Source of the DNA: Haliotis rufescens
Taxonomy: Eukaryota
Assembly (NCBI RefSeq): GCF_023055435.1
Contig: NW_025963813.1
Location: 5,518,001 to 5,582,000 of the forward strand
Direction of reading: 5' to 3'
DNA length: 64,000 nucleotides
The translations under genes and the position numbers were made by a program. Shown in pieces: positions 1-11,755 of this stretch. Below the pieces are notes generated by a model that searched no databases, was not told the origin of the DNA, and worked only from the letters and a program-made list of their open reading frames with translations. Numbering within the stretch: position 1 is the stretch's first letter; every line of letters begins with the position of its first letter.

Positions 1-1538
1 TGCGTGTTTTAAAGCAAAATGTTATGGGAAGGTCATTATTCCTTTCTTTAAATGAAACTTGATGTGAAGAGGGAAATGTTCAAGTTTGAATTCCTACTTT
101 TATAATCTCAAAGCCACATTATCTTCTATAATAAAACAAACTTCTTCTTTTTCTGTAACTAGCAAATCTTAAATTGCCGTTCAGGTAGCGCAACAATTAC
201 CAAAAATATCCAAACTGCTTTAATGAAAACGAACTTCATCTTATTTTCAAAAGAACTGATAATATCAATATTTATCATGATATGAACCCGGAAGTAGACA
301 CAGCTTTGTCTTGGCTAAACCGTCCTTAGTAGGCGTACGGATAAAAAACAAACGAGCAGGGTGTAACTGTGAGTTAGTGTTAGTGTGTGTGTCTGCGTTG
401 TGGTCTGGAACTGGGTCTGTGTTTGAGTGTGAAAGTCCGGGCCACATTTAACTTGGTAACTGGCCCAAACCATATTTTTATAGATTGTCGTAAAATCTCA
501 GCTTTCCACATCACATGTGGACATGATATACTAATCCATCAGACGAATACCTGATGTAACCACTATTTCCGCAGGAACATGTATGCGGTGGTGGTGGTAC
601 AACTAACGATCTATGACCCATGTATGACCCCCTTCCAGCCTTACCTGCCCACACCCACCAACAAAACTCCACCACCGGAGTTGAACATTCATCTGGCCTC
701 AAAGCACAATGATTTTCCTTCTTTGCTATCTGCAGTGACATGTCAACCCACATTAATTAATATCGTTCATAGGCTGTTCTTCTGTTGCATGACTAACCTG
801 TCACTTATAACTTACACCGCAAACTACCAGCCTGGGTCCAGCAGCTCGATTTCCAAGTAACCACTGTCAACAATGGTCAGTGGAAGTATCGAGCCTAAAC
901 ACACAGATCGACCTTTAAACTGGGGGTCAAATCATTGAAAGCTGGAGTCAATATCATGTACTCATTTGGGATCAAAGCAAATTATCAAGAAAATACAATG
1001 TCGAATCTCATGTCAAGCAAAACATATCTGGCCCAGACTCAACAAACCATCGAACAGAGCACTACATTCTCCTCTTTACCTTCCGGATCATGGTAAAACT
1101 TAAGGGACGTAACTGTGGTCTGAGGCCATCTGAGAGGGAATCTGCTTCCTTGAAGATTCATATTGCGCTGGATTCTTGAAAAGAACAAACAAATTTGGAC
1201 TTGTTTTTTTGTGTGGGCTTTTCTAGAAATCTTGTTGTTTTATTGGACATCTGCTCTACCTTATAAGGCCTTAATGTTATCATCACCCCATGGGTGCACT
1301 TTTTTAGTTTGAACTTTCGCACGGCTGTAATTATAAAGTAGGTGGGCGTTTAGAGGCCGTAATGACAGTATGATACTAAAAGGGCACTCCGTGCATTTTC
1401 GGACAGAAATTGTCCACTTGCTTGGTTCAACATGTTTATAGGTTTACTCATCTGCCTTCGAGCTTCCGGACCTTTGTGGACAATGATTCTAATGTGACAA
1501 TCACTGTGCAGGACATTGAAACGTAAGCAGTGGAACTA

Positions 1539-1712
1539 CAATTAACTACTTTTATAACAAACACGCTTATAACGAACTGACGGATATAAAGTATTGCCCT
1601 TAGGTCCCGGACTTTTGCTACATATATCCTGTATATGTGCTTATAATGAACTACGGTTATAACGAACTAAAATATGTGGTCTCTTTGAGTTCGTTATGAC
1701 CGTGGTTTACTG
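1539..1712. mobile_element. ~174-bp pogo/Tigger-like (Tc1/mariner) MITE present once per array unit (best preserved at 29284-29457)
   Basis: Imperfect TIRs TA|CAGTAAACTACTTTTATAACGAAC ... GTTCGTTATGACCGTGGTTTACTG, with internal TTATAACGAAC repeats. A related element lies at 53653. Confidence 0.7.
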
Positions 1713-1788
1713 TGGCTGATACTATCTTGAATTTGGTTGTACTTGAAGGAAATATAAGCCAAGAGAAAATTACAATATACATGGCAGT

Positions 1789-1794
1789 TTTATT
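1789..1794 (-). terminator. Polyadenylation signal AATAAA of the Gly/His gene (repeated in every unit)
   Basis: Plus-strand tttatt lies ~113 nt past the stop codon and is conserved in all copies. Confidence 0.7.
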
Positions 1795-1906
1795 TGTGCT
1801 CGTTGAGGAATATACAGCTTTGGTCGATGCAGCATGGCGAGTGGAATCGACAAACATGATATCAAATGTCCAGCATTTGATGTGAATATGATGATACTTG
1901 AATGTT

Positions 1907-2544
1907 TTAACCGTGGTGTCCGCCTCCATGACCACCACCTCCATGGCCACCTCCGTGACCGCCACCGTGGCCTCCTCCATGACCTCCACCGTGACCTCCT
2001 CCATGACCTCCTCCATGGCCGCCACCTCCGTGTCCTCCGCCATGACCTCCTTTGCCGCCACCGTGGCCGCCACCTCCATGGCCGCCTCCTCCGTGTCCTT
2101 TGCCACCTCCGTGGCCACCTCCTCCGTGTCCTTTGCCACCTCCGTGACCACCTCCATGACCACCTCCGTGACCACCACCATGACCTCCTCCATGGCCGCC
2201 GCCTCCATGACCACCACCGTGGCCTCCACCTCCATGACCACCACCACCATGGCCACCAAGGACGGAGCCAAGGAAGACTGTAAAGAATGTGAAGAAAAAA
2301 CAATGCATAAGTGGTCATAGATGACAGGATGCATACATACAAAATCCGTCTACCAATCCTAATAAATGTTTACATCATGGTAGAAACTATCCTGATCATA
2401 ACGTTGTCAGTATTATCGTAAAGCCATTTAAAACTCAGCAATAGCTCATAAAGTTGATTATTAGAAAGCTTGGGAATGCGAATTCGCATCAGATAAGGCA
2501 AACGTACCCAAGACTACAACAACTGCAACATTAAGAAGGCGCAT
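1907..2544 (-). CDS. Secreted Gly/His-rich protein, copy 1 (exons 2544-2508 and 2277-1907; 135 aa)
   Basis: Exon 1 ATG CGC CTT CTT AAT GTT GCA GTT GTT GTA GTC TTG G|gtacgt; 230-nt intron; acceptor ttttttcttcacattctttacag|TC. The phase-1 join gives MRLLNVAVVVVLVFLGSVLG-GHGGGGH...GGGHHG*. 37+371=408 nt. TATA upstream, AATAAA downstream. Confidence 0.93.
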
Positions 2545-2583
2545 CCTGCCAGTTACGTTTATCCACTTGAGAATAAACGATTT

Positions 2584-2739
2584 GAATGTCGCTATTGTGA
2601 TTCACCACACCTTATATACTTGTGGTTCAGGAAATCAGGATGTTGAATGTAAATGCCCTCATTGGAAGATTTCGAAAAGAAAATTCCAAGCGACTTTTTA
2701 CACCCTGAGAGCGTGAAGAGTGAATCTTTATTATGTAAT
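2584..2739 (-). promoter_or_regulatory. Core promoter of the Gly/His gene (repeated in every unit)
   Basis: Minus-strand TATATAAG at 2618-2611; Inr-like ACATTC with its A at 2587, 31 nt downstream of the TATA; CCAAT at 2665-2661 (~-78); bZIP-type TTATGTAA at 2731-2738. Confidence 0.7.
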
Positions 2740-4975
2740 ATCACATGGGACGGTGTCACCCGCCTCTCTATTTTATGCATATCTTCCTGCATAATTATAA
2801 AAATCAAGCTGTGTATTTGTGACCTAACCTGGCACCCAGTGGCTAGCTCACTGCTGGGAAGCATGATAGATTTAACTGTTCATCCAATGCAATTTCAAGC
2901 TACAGATGATTAGTGAGAAAAAAAATGAATGGAGAGAGAATTTATAAATGAATGACAAATGTTGAACTCCAGTATTTCGTTGAGTGCATGTATTGAGTCT
3001 AGTAGGCTGCCATTACTATGGGTCCAGGAGGTTTATCAACCTATGTCAAATGCGTGTTTTAAAGCAAAATGTTATGGGAAGGTCATTATTCCTTTCTTTA
3101 AATGAAACTTGATGTGAAGAGGGAAATGTTCAAGTTTGAGATATAATTTCAAAGTTTGAATTCCTACTTTTATAATCTCAAAGCCACATTATCTTCTATA
3201 ATAAAACAAACTTCTTCTTTTTCTGTAACTAGCAAATCTTAAATTGCCGTTCAGGTAGCGCAACAATTACCAAAAATATCCAAACTGCTTTAATGAAAAC
3301 GAACTTCATCTTATTTTCAAAAGAACTGATAATATCAATATTTATCATGATATGAACCCGGAAGTAGACACAGCTTTGTCTTGGCTAAACCGTCCTTAGT
3401 AGGCGTACGGATAAAAAACAAACGAGCAGGGTGTAACTGTGAGTTAGTGTTAGAGTGTGTGTCTGCGTTGTGGTCTGGAACTGGGTCTGTGTTTGAGTGT
3501 GAAAGTCCGGGCCACATTTAACTTGGTAACTGGCCCAAACCATATTTTTATAGATTGTCGTAAAATCTCAGCTTTCCACATCACATGTGGACATGATATA
3601 CTAATCCATCAGACGAATACCTGATGTAACCACTATTTCCGCAGGAACATGTATGCGGTGGTGGTGGTACAACTAACGATCTATGACCCATGTATGACCC
3701 CCTTCCAGCCTTACCTGCCCACACCCATCAACAAAACTCCACCACCGGAGTTGAACATTCATCTGGCCTCAAAGCACAATGATTTTCCTTCTTTGCTATC
3801 TGCAGTGACATGTCAACCCACATTAATTAATATCGTTCATAGGCTGTTCTTCTGTTGCATGACTAACCTGTCACTTATAACTTACACCGCAAACTACCAG
3901 CCTGGGTCCAGCAGCTCGATTTCCAAGTAACCACTGTCAACAATGGTCAGTGGAAGTATCGAGCCTAAACACACAGATCGACCTTTAAACTGGGGGTCAA
4001 ATCATGGAAAGCTGGAGTCAATATCATGTACTCATTTGGGATCAAAGCAAATTATCAAGAAAATACAATGTCGAATCTCATGTCAAGCAAAACATATCTG
4101 GCCCAGACTCAACAAACCATCGAACAGAGCACTACATTCTCCTCTTTACCTTCCGGATCATGGTAAAACTTAAGGGACGTAACTGTGGTCTGAGGCCATC
4201 TGAGAGGGAATCTGCTTCCTTGAAGATTCATATTGCGCTGGATTCTTGAAAAGAACAAACAAATTTGGACTTGTTTTTTTGTGTGGGCTTTTCTAGAAAT
4301 CTTGTTGTTTTATTGGACATCTGCTCTACCTTATAAGGCCTTAATGTTATCATCACCCCATGGGTGCACTTTTTTAGTTTGAACTTTCGCACGGCTGTAA
4401 TTATAAAGTAGGTGGGCGTTTAGAGGCCGTAATGACAGTATGATACTAAAAGGGGACTCCGTGCATTTTCGGACAGAAATTGTCCACTTGCTTGGTTCAA
4501 CATGTTTATAGGTTTACTCATCTGCCTTCGAGCTTCAGGACCTTTGTGGACAATGATTCTAATGTGACAATCACTGTGCAGGACATTGAAAAGTAAGCAG
4601 TGGAACTACAATTAACTACTTTTATAACAAACACGCTTATAACGAACTGACGGATATAAAGTATTGCCCTTAGGTCCCGGGCTTTTGCTACATATATCCT
4701 GTATATGTGCTTATAATGAACTACGGTTATAACGAACTAAAATATGTGGTCTCTTTGAGTTCGTTATGACCGTGGTTTACTGTGGCTGATACTATCTTGA
4801 ATTTGGTTGTACTTGAAGGAAATATAAGCCAAGAGAAAATTACAATATACATGGCAGTTTTATTTGTGCTCGTTGAGGAATATACAGCTTTGGTCGATGC
4901 AGAATGGCGAGTGGAATCGACAAACATGATATCAAATGTCCAGCATTTGATGTGAATATGATGATACTTGAATGT

Positions 4976-5580
4976 TTAACCGTGGTGTCCGCCTCCATGA
5001 CCACCACCTCCATGGCCACCTCCGTGACCGCCACCGTGGCCTCCTCCATGACCTCCACCGTGACCTCCTCCATGACCTCCTCCATGGCCGCCACCTCCGT
5101 GTCCTCCGCCATGACCTCCTTTGCCGCCACCGTGGCCGCCACCTCCATGGCCGCCTCCTCCGTGTCCTTTGCCACCTCCGTGACCACCTCCATGACCACC
5201 TCCGTGACCACCACCATGACCTCCTCCATGGCCGCCGCCTCCATGACCACCACCGTGGCCTCCACCTCCATGACCACCACCACCATGGCCACCAAGGACG
5301 GAGCCAAGGAAGACTGTAAAGAATGTGAAGAAAAAACAATGCATAAGTGGTCATAGATGACAGGATGCATACATACAAAATCCGTCTACCAATCCTAATA
5401 AATGTTTACATCATGGTAGAAACTATCCTGATCATAACGTTGTCAGTATTATCGTAAAGCCATTTAAAACTCAGCAATAGCTCATAAAGTTGATTATTAG
5501 AAAGCTTGGGAATGCGAATTCGCATCAGATAAGGCAAACGTACCCAAGACTACAACAACTGCAACATTAAGAAGGCGCAT
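4976..5580 (-). CDS. Secreted Gly/His-rich protein, copy 2 (exons 5580-5544, 5313-4976; 124 aa)
   Basis: Same splice signals as copy 1. An in-frame 33-bp deletion removes one GGGKGHGGGGH module. Confidence 0.92.
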
Positions 5581-8029
5581 CCTGCCAGTTACGTTTATCC
5601 ACTTGAGAATAAACGATTTGAATGTCGCTATTGTGATTCACCACACCTTATATACTTGTGGTTCAGGAAATCAGGATGTTGAATGTAAATGCCCTCATTG
5701 GAAGATTTCGAAAAGAAAATTCCAAGCGACTTTTTACACCCTGAGAGCGTGAAGAGTGAATCTTTATTATGTAATATCACATGGGACGGTGTCACCTGCC
5801 TCTCTATTTTATGCATATCTTCCTGCATAATTATAAAAATCAAGCTGTGTATTTGTGACCTAACCTGGCACCAAGTGGCTAGCTCACTGCTGGGAAGCAT
5901 GATAGATTTAACTGTTCATCCAATGCAATTTCAAGCTACAGATGATTAGTGAGAAAAAAAATGAATGGAGAGAGAATTTATAAATGAATGACAAATGTTG
6001 AACTCCAGTATTTCGTTGAGTGCATGTATTGAGTCTAGTAGGCTACCATTACTATGGGTCCAGGAGGTTCATCAACCTATGTCAAATGCGTGTTTTAAAG
6101 CAAAATGTTATGGGAAGGTCATTATTCCTTTCTTCATAATGAAACTTGATGTGAAGAGGGAAATGTTCAAGTTTGAGATATATTTTCAAAGTTTGAATTC
6201 CTACTTTTATAATCTCAAAGCCACATTATCTTCTATAATAAAACAAACTTCTTCTTTTTCTGTAACTAGCAAATCTTAAATTGCCGTTCAGGTAGCGCAA
6301 CAATTACCAAAAATATCCAAACTGCTTTAATGAAAACGAACTTCATCTTATTTTCAAAAGAACTGATAATATCAATATTTATCATGATATGAACCCGGAA
6401 GTAGACACAGCTTTGTCTTGGCTAAACCGTCCTTAGTAGGCGTATGGATAAAAAACAAACGAGCAGGGTGTAACTGTGAGTTAGTGTTAGAGTGTGTGTC
6501 TGCGTTGTGGTCTGGAACTGGGTCTGTGTTTGAGTGTGAAAGTCCGGGCCACATTTAACTTGGTAACTGGCCCAAACCATATTTTTATAGATTGTCGTAA
6601 AATCTCAGCTCTCCACATCACATGTGGACATGATATACTAATCCATCAGACGAATACCTGATGTAACCACTATTTCCCCAGGAACATGTATGCGGTGGTG
6701 GTGGTACAACTAACGATCTATGACCCATGTATGACCCCCTTCCAGCCTTACCTGCCCACACTCATCAACAAAACTCCACCACCGGAGTTGAACATTCATC
6801 TGGCCTCAAAGCACAATGATTTTCCTTCTTTGCTATCTGCAGTGACATGTCAACCCACATTAATTAATATCGTTCATAGGCTGTTCTTCTGTTGCATGAC
6901 TAACCTGTCACTTACAACTTACACCGCAAACTACCAGCCTGGGTCCAGCAGCTCGATTTCCAAATAACCACTGTCAACAATGGTCAGTGGAAGTATCGAG
7001 CCTAAACACACAGATCGACCTTTAAACTGGGGGTCAAATCATGGAAAGCTGGAGTCAATATCATGTACTCATTTGGGATCAAAACAAATTATCAAGAAAA
7101 TACAATGTCGAATCTCATGTCAAGCAAAACATATCTGGCCCAGACTCAACAAACCATCGAACAGAGCACTACGTTCTCCTCTTTACCTTCCGGGTCATGG
7201 TAAAACTTAAGGGACGTAACTGTGGTCTGAGGCCATCTGAGAGGGAATCTGCTTCCTTGAAGATTCATATTGCGCTGGATTCTTGAAAAGAACAAACAAA
7301 TTTGGACTTGTTTTTTTGTGTAGGCTTTTCTAGAAATCTTGTTGTTTTATTGGACATCTGCTCTACCTTATAAGGCCTTAATGTTATCGTCACCCCATGG
7401 GTGCATTGAGTCACACGTGTCACTTTTTTAGTTTGAACATTCGCACGGCTTTAATTATAAAGTAGGTGGGCGTTTAGAGGCCGTAATGACAGTATGATAC
7501 TAAAAGGGGACTCCGTGCATTTTCGGACAGAAATTGTCCACTTGCTTGGTTCAACATGTTTATAGGTTTACTCATCTGCCTTCGAGCTTCAGGACCTTTG
7601 TGGACAATGATTCTAATGTGACAATCACTGTGCAGGACATTGAAAAGTAAGCAGTGGAACTACAATTAACTACTTTTATAACGAACACGCTTATAACGAA
7701 CTGACGGATATAAAGTATTGCCCTTAGGTCCCGGGCTTTTGCTACATATATCCTGTATATGTGCTTATAATGAACTACGGTTATAACGAACTAAAATATG
7801 TGGTCTCTTTGAGTTCGTTATGACCGTGGTTTACTGTGGCTGATACTATCTTGAATTTGGTTGTACTTGAAGAAAATATAAGCCAAGAGAAAATTACAAT
7901 ATACATGGCAGTTTTATTTGTGCTCGTTGAGGAATATACAGCTTTGGTCGATGCAGCATGGCGAGTGGAATCGACAAACATGATATCAAATGTCCAGCAT
8001 TTGATGTGAATATGATGATACTTGAATGT

Positions 8030-8667
8030 TTAACCGTGGTGTCCGCCTCCATGACCACCACCTCCATGGCCACCTCCGTGACCGCCACCGTGGCCTCCTC
8101 CATGACCTCCACCGTGACCTCCTCCATGACCTCCTCCATGGCCGCCACCTCCGTGTCCTCCGCCATGACCTCCTTTGCCGCCACCGTGGCCGCCACCTCC
8201 ATGGCCGCCTCCTCCGTGTCCTTTGCCACCTCCGTGGCCACCTCCTCCGTGTCCTTTGCCACCTCCGTGACCACCTCCATGACCACCTCCGTGACCACCA
8301 CCATGACCTCCTCCATGGCCGCCGCCTCCATGACCACCACCGTGGCCTCCACCTCCATGACCACCACCACCATGGCCACCAAGGACGGAGCCAAGGAAGA
8401 CTGTAAAGAATGTGAAGAAAAAACAATGCATAAGTGGTCATAGATGACAGGATGCATACATACAAAATCCGTCTACCAATCCTAATAAATGTTTACATCA
8501 TGGTAGAAACTATCCTGATCATAACGTTGTCAGTATTATCGTAAAGCCATTTAAAACTCAGCAATAGCTCATAAAGTTGATTATTAGAAAGCTTGGGAAT
8601 GCGAATTCGCATCAGATAAGGCAGACGTACCCAAGACTACAACAACTGCAACATTAAGAAGGCGCAT
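8030..8667 (-). CDS. Secreted Gly/His-rich protein, copy 3 (exons 8667-8631, 8400-8030; 135 aa)
   Basis: Intact ATG, GT-AG intron and stop; protein identical to copy 1. Confidence 0.92.
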
Positions 8668-11117
8668 CCTGCCAGTTACGTTTATCCACTTGAGAATAAA
8701 CGATTTGAATGTCGCTATTGTGATTCACCACACCTTATATACTTGTGGTTCAGGAAATCAGGATGTTGAATGTAAATGCCCTCATTGGAAGATTTTCGAA
8801 AAGAAAATTCCAAGCGACTTTTTACACCCTGAGAGCGTGAAGAGTGAATCTTTATTATGTAATATCACATGGGACGGTGTCACCTGCCTCTCTATTTTAT
8901 GCATATCTTCCTGCATAATTATAAAAATCAAGCTGTGTATTTGTGACCTAACCTGGCACCCAGTGGCTAGCTCACTGCTGGGAAGCATGATAGATTTAAC
9001 TGTTCATCCAATGCAATTTCAAGCTACAGATGATTAGTGAGAAAAAAAATGAATGGAGAGAGAATTTATAAATGAATGACAAATGTTGAACTCCAGTATT
9101 TCGTTGAGTGCATGTATTGAGTCTAGTAGGCTGCCATTACTATGGGTCCAGGAGGTTTATCAACCTATGTCAAATGCGTGTTTTAAAGCAAAATGTTATG
9201 GGAAGGTCATTATTCCTTTCTTCATAATGAAACTTGATGTGAAGAGGGAAATGTTCAAGTTTGAGATATATTTTCAAAGTTTGAATTCCTACTTTTATAA
9301 TCTCAAAGCCACATTATCTTCTATAATAAAACAAACTTCTTCTTTTTCTGTAACTAGCAAATCTTAAATTGCCGTTCAGGTAGCGCAACAATTACCAAAA
9401 ATATCCAAACTGCTTTAATGAAAACGAACTTCATCTTATTTTCAAAAGAACTGATAATATCAATATTTATCATGATATGAACCCGGAAGTAGACACAGCT
9501 TTGTCTTGGCTAAACCGTCCTTAGTAGGCGTACGGATAAAAAACAAACGAGCAGGGTGTAACTGTGAGTTAGTGTTAGAGTGTGTGTCTGCGTTTTGGTC
9601 TGGAACTGGGTCTGTGTTTGAGTGTGAAAGTCCGGGCCACATTTAACTTGGTAACTGGCCCAAACCATATTTTTATAGATTGTCGTAAAATCTCAGCTCT
9701 CCACATCACATGTGGACATGATATACTAATCCATCAGACGAATACCTGATGTAACCACTATTTCCCCAGGAACATGTATGCGGTGGTGGTGGTACAACTA
9801 ACGATCTATGACCCATGTATGACCCCCTTCCAGCCTTACCTGCCCACACTCATCAACAAAACTCCACCACCGGAGTTGAACATTCATCTGGCCTCAAAGC
9901 ACAATGATTTTCCTTCTTTGCTATCTGCAGTGACATGTCAACCCACATTAATTAATATCGTTCATAGGCTGTTCTTCTGTTGCATGACTAACCTGTCAGT
10001 TACAACTTACACCGCAAACTACCAGCCTGGGTCCAGCAGCTCGATTTCCAAATAACCACTGTCAACAATGGTCAGTGGAAGTATCGAGCCTAAACACACA
10101 GATCGACCTTTAAACTGGGGGTCAAATCATGGAAAGCTGGAGTCAATATCATGTACTCATTTGGGATCAAAACAAATTATCAAGAAAATACAATGTCGAA
10201 TCTCATGTCAAGCAAAACATATCTGGCCCAGACTCAACAAACCATCGAACAGAGCACTACGTTCTCCTCTTTACCTTCCTGGTCATGGTAAAACTTAAGG
10301 GACGTAACTGTGGTCTGAGGCCATCTGAGAGGGAATCTGCTTCCTTGAAGATTCATATTGCGCTGGATTCTTGAAAAGAACAAACAAATTTGGACTTGTT
10401 TTTGTGTGTAGGCTTTTCTAGAAATCTTGTTGTTTTATTAGACATCTGCTCTACCTTATAAGGCCTTAATGTTATCGTCACCCCATGGGTGCATTGAGTC
10501 ACACGTGTCACTTTTTTAGTTTGATCATTCGCACGGCTTAAATTATAAAGTAGGTGGGCGTTTAGAGGCCGTAATGACAGTATGATACTAAAAGGGGACT
10601 CCGTGCATTTTCGGACAGAAATTGTCCACTTGCTTGGTTCAACATGTTTATAGGTTTACTCATCTGCCTTCGAGCTTCAGGACCTTTGTGGACAATGATT
10701 CTAATGTGACAATCACTGTGCAGGACATTGAAAAGTAAGCAGTGGAACTACAATTAACTACTTTTATAACAAACACGCTTATAACGAACTGACGGATATA
10801 AAGTATTGCCCTTAGGTCCCGGACTTTTGCTACATATATCCTGTATATGTGCTTATAATGAACTACGGTTATAACGAACTAAAATATGTGGTCTCTTTGA
10901 GTTCGTTATGACCGTGGTTTACTGTGGCTGATACTATCTTGAATTTGGTTGTACTTGAAGGAAATATAAGCCAAGAGAAAATTACAATATACATGGCAGT
11001 TTTATTTGTGCTCGTTGAGGAATATACAGCTTTGGTCGATGCAGCATGGCGAGTGGAATCGACAAACATGATATCAAATGTCCAGCATTTGATGTGAATA
11101 TGATGATACTTGAATGT

Positions 11118-11755
11118 TTAACCGTGGTGTCCGCCTCCATGACCACCACCTCCATGGCCACCTCCGTGACCGCCACCGTGGCCTCCTCCATGACCTCCAC
11201 CGTGACCTCCTCCATGACCTCCTCCATGGCCGCCACCTCCGTGTCCTCCGCCATGACCTCCTTTGCCGCCACCGTGGCCGCCACCTCCATGGCCACCTCC
11301 TCCGTGTCCTTTGCCACCTCCGTGGCCACCTCCTCCGTGTCCTTTGCCACCTCCGTGACCACCTCCATGACCACCTCCGTGACCACCACCATGACCTCCT
11401 CCATGGCCGCCGCCTCCATGACCACCACCGTGGCCTCCACCTCCATGACCACCACCACCATGGCCACCAAGGACGGAGCCAAGGAAGACTGTAAAGAATG
11501 TGAAGAAAAAACAATGCATAAGTGGTCATAGATGACAGGATGCATACATACAAAATCCGTCTACCAATCCTAATAAATGTTTACATCATGGTAGAAACTA
11601 TCCTGATCATAACGTTGTCAGTATTATCGTAAAGCCATTTAAAACTCAGCAATAGCTCATAAAGTTGATTATTAGAAAGCTTGGGAATGCGAATTCGCAT
11701 CAGATAAGGCAAACGTACCCAAGACTACAACAACTGCAACATTAAGAAGGCGCAT
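11118..11755 (-). CDS. Secreted Gly/His-rich protein, copy 4 (exons 11755-11719, 11488-11118; 135 aa)
   Basis: Intact; one synonymous GGC>GGT change versus copy 1. Confidence 0.92.

Noticed and set aside
265-1180. Recurring 60-95 aa spacer ORFs and an exon-like stretch (minus ~729-645 ending CAG|GTAAGG)
   Set aside because: No recognisable domain. Several are broken by stops or frameshifts in some units, and recurrence only reflects the array.
1292-1298. Metal-response-element core TGCACCC in the spacer
   Set aside because: A single 7-mer ~1.8 kb from the TSS is expected by chance.
2278-2308. N-terminus MHCFFFTFFT given by the ORF track
   Set aside because: It is the intron polypyrimidine tract ending in TACAG; the real start is at 2544.
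1657-2342. Overlapping ORFs in other frames (VVMEV-rich, RRW-rich, HDHLR-rich, MTTS-rich) in every unit
   Set aside because: They are by-products of GGN/CAY codons lacking stops. Their ends shift with a 1-bp T polymorphism just after the true stop, and only the Gly/His frame joins a signal-peptide exon.
2476-2489. 14-bp palindrome ATGCGAATTCGCAT in the intron
   Set aside because: Short, mutated in copy 10, and no evidence of function.
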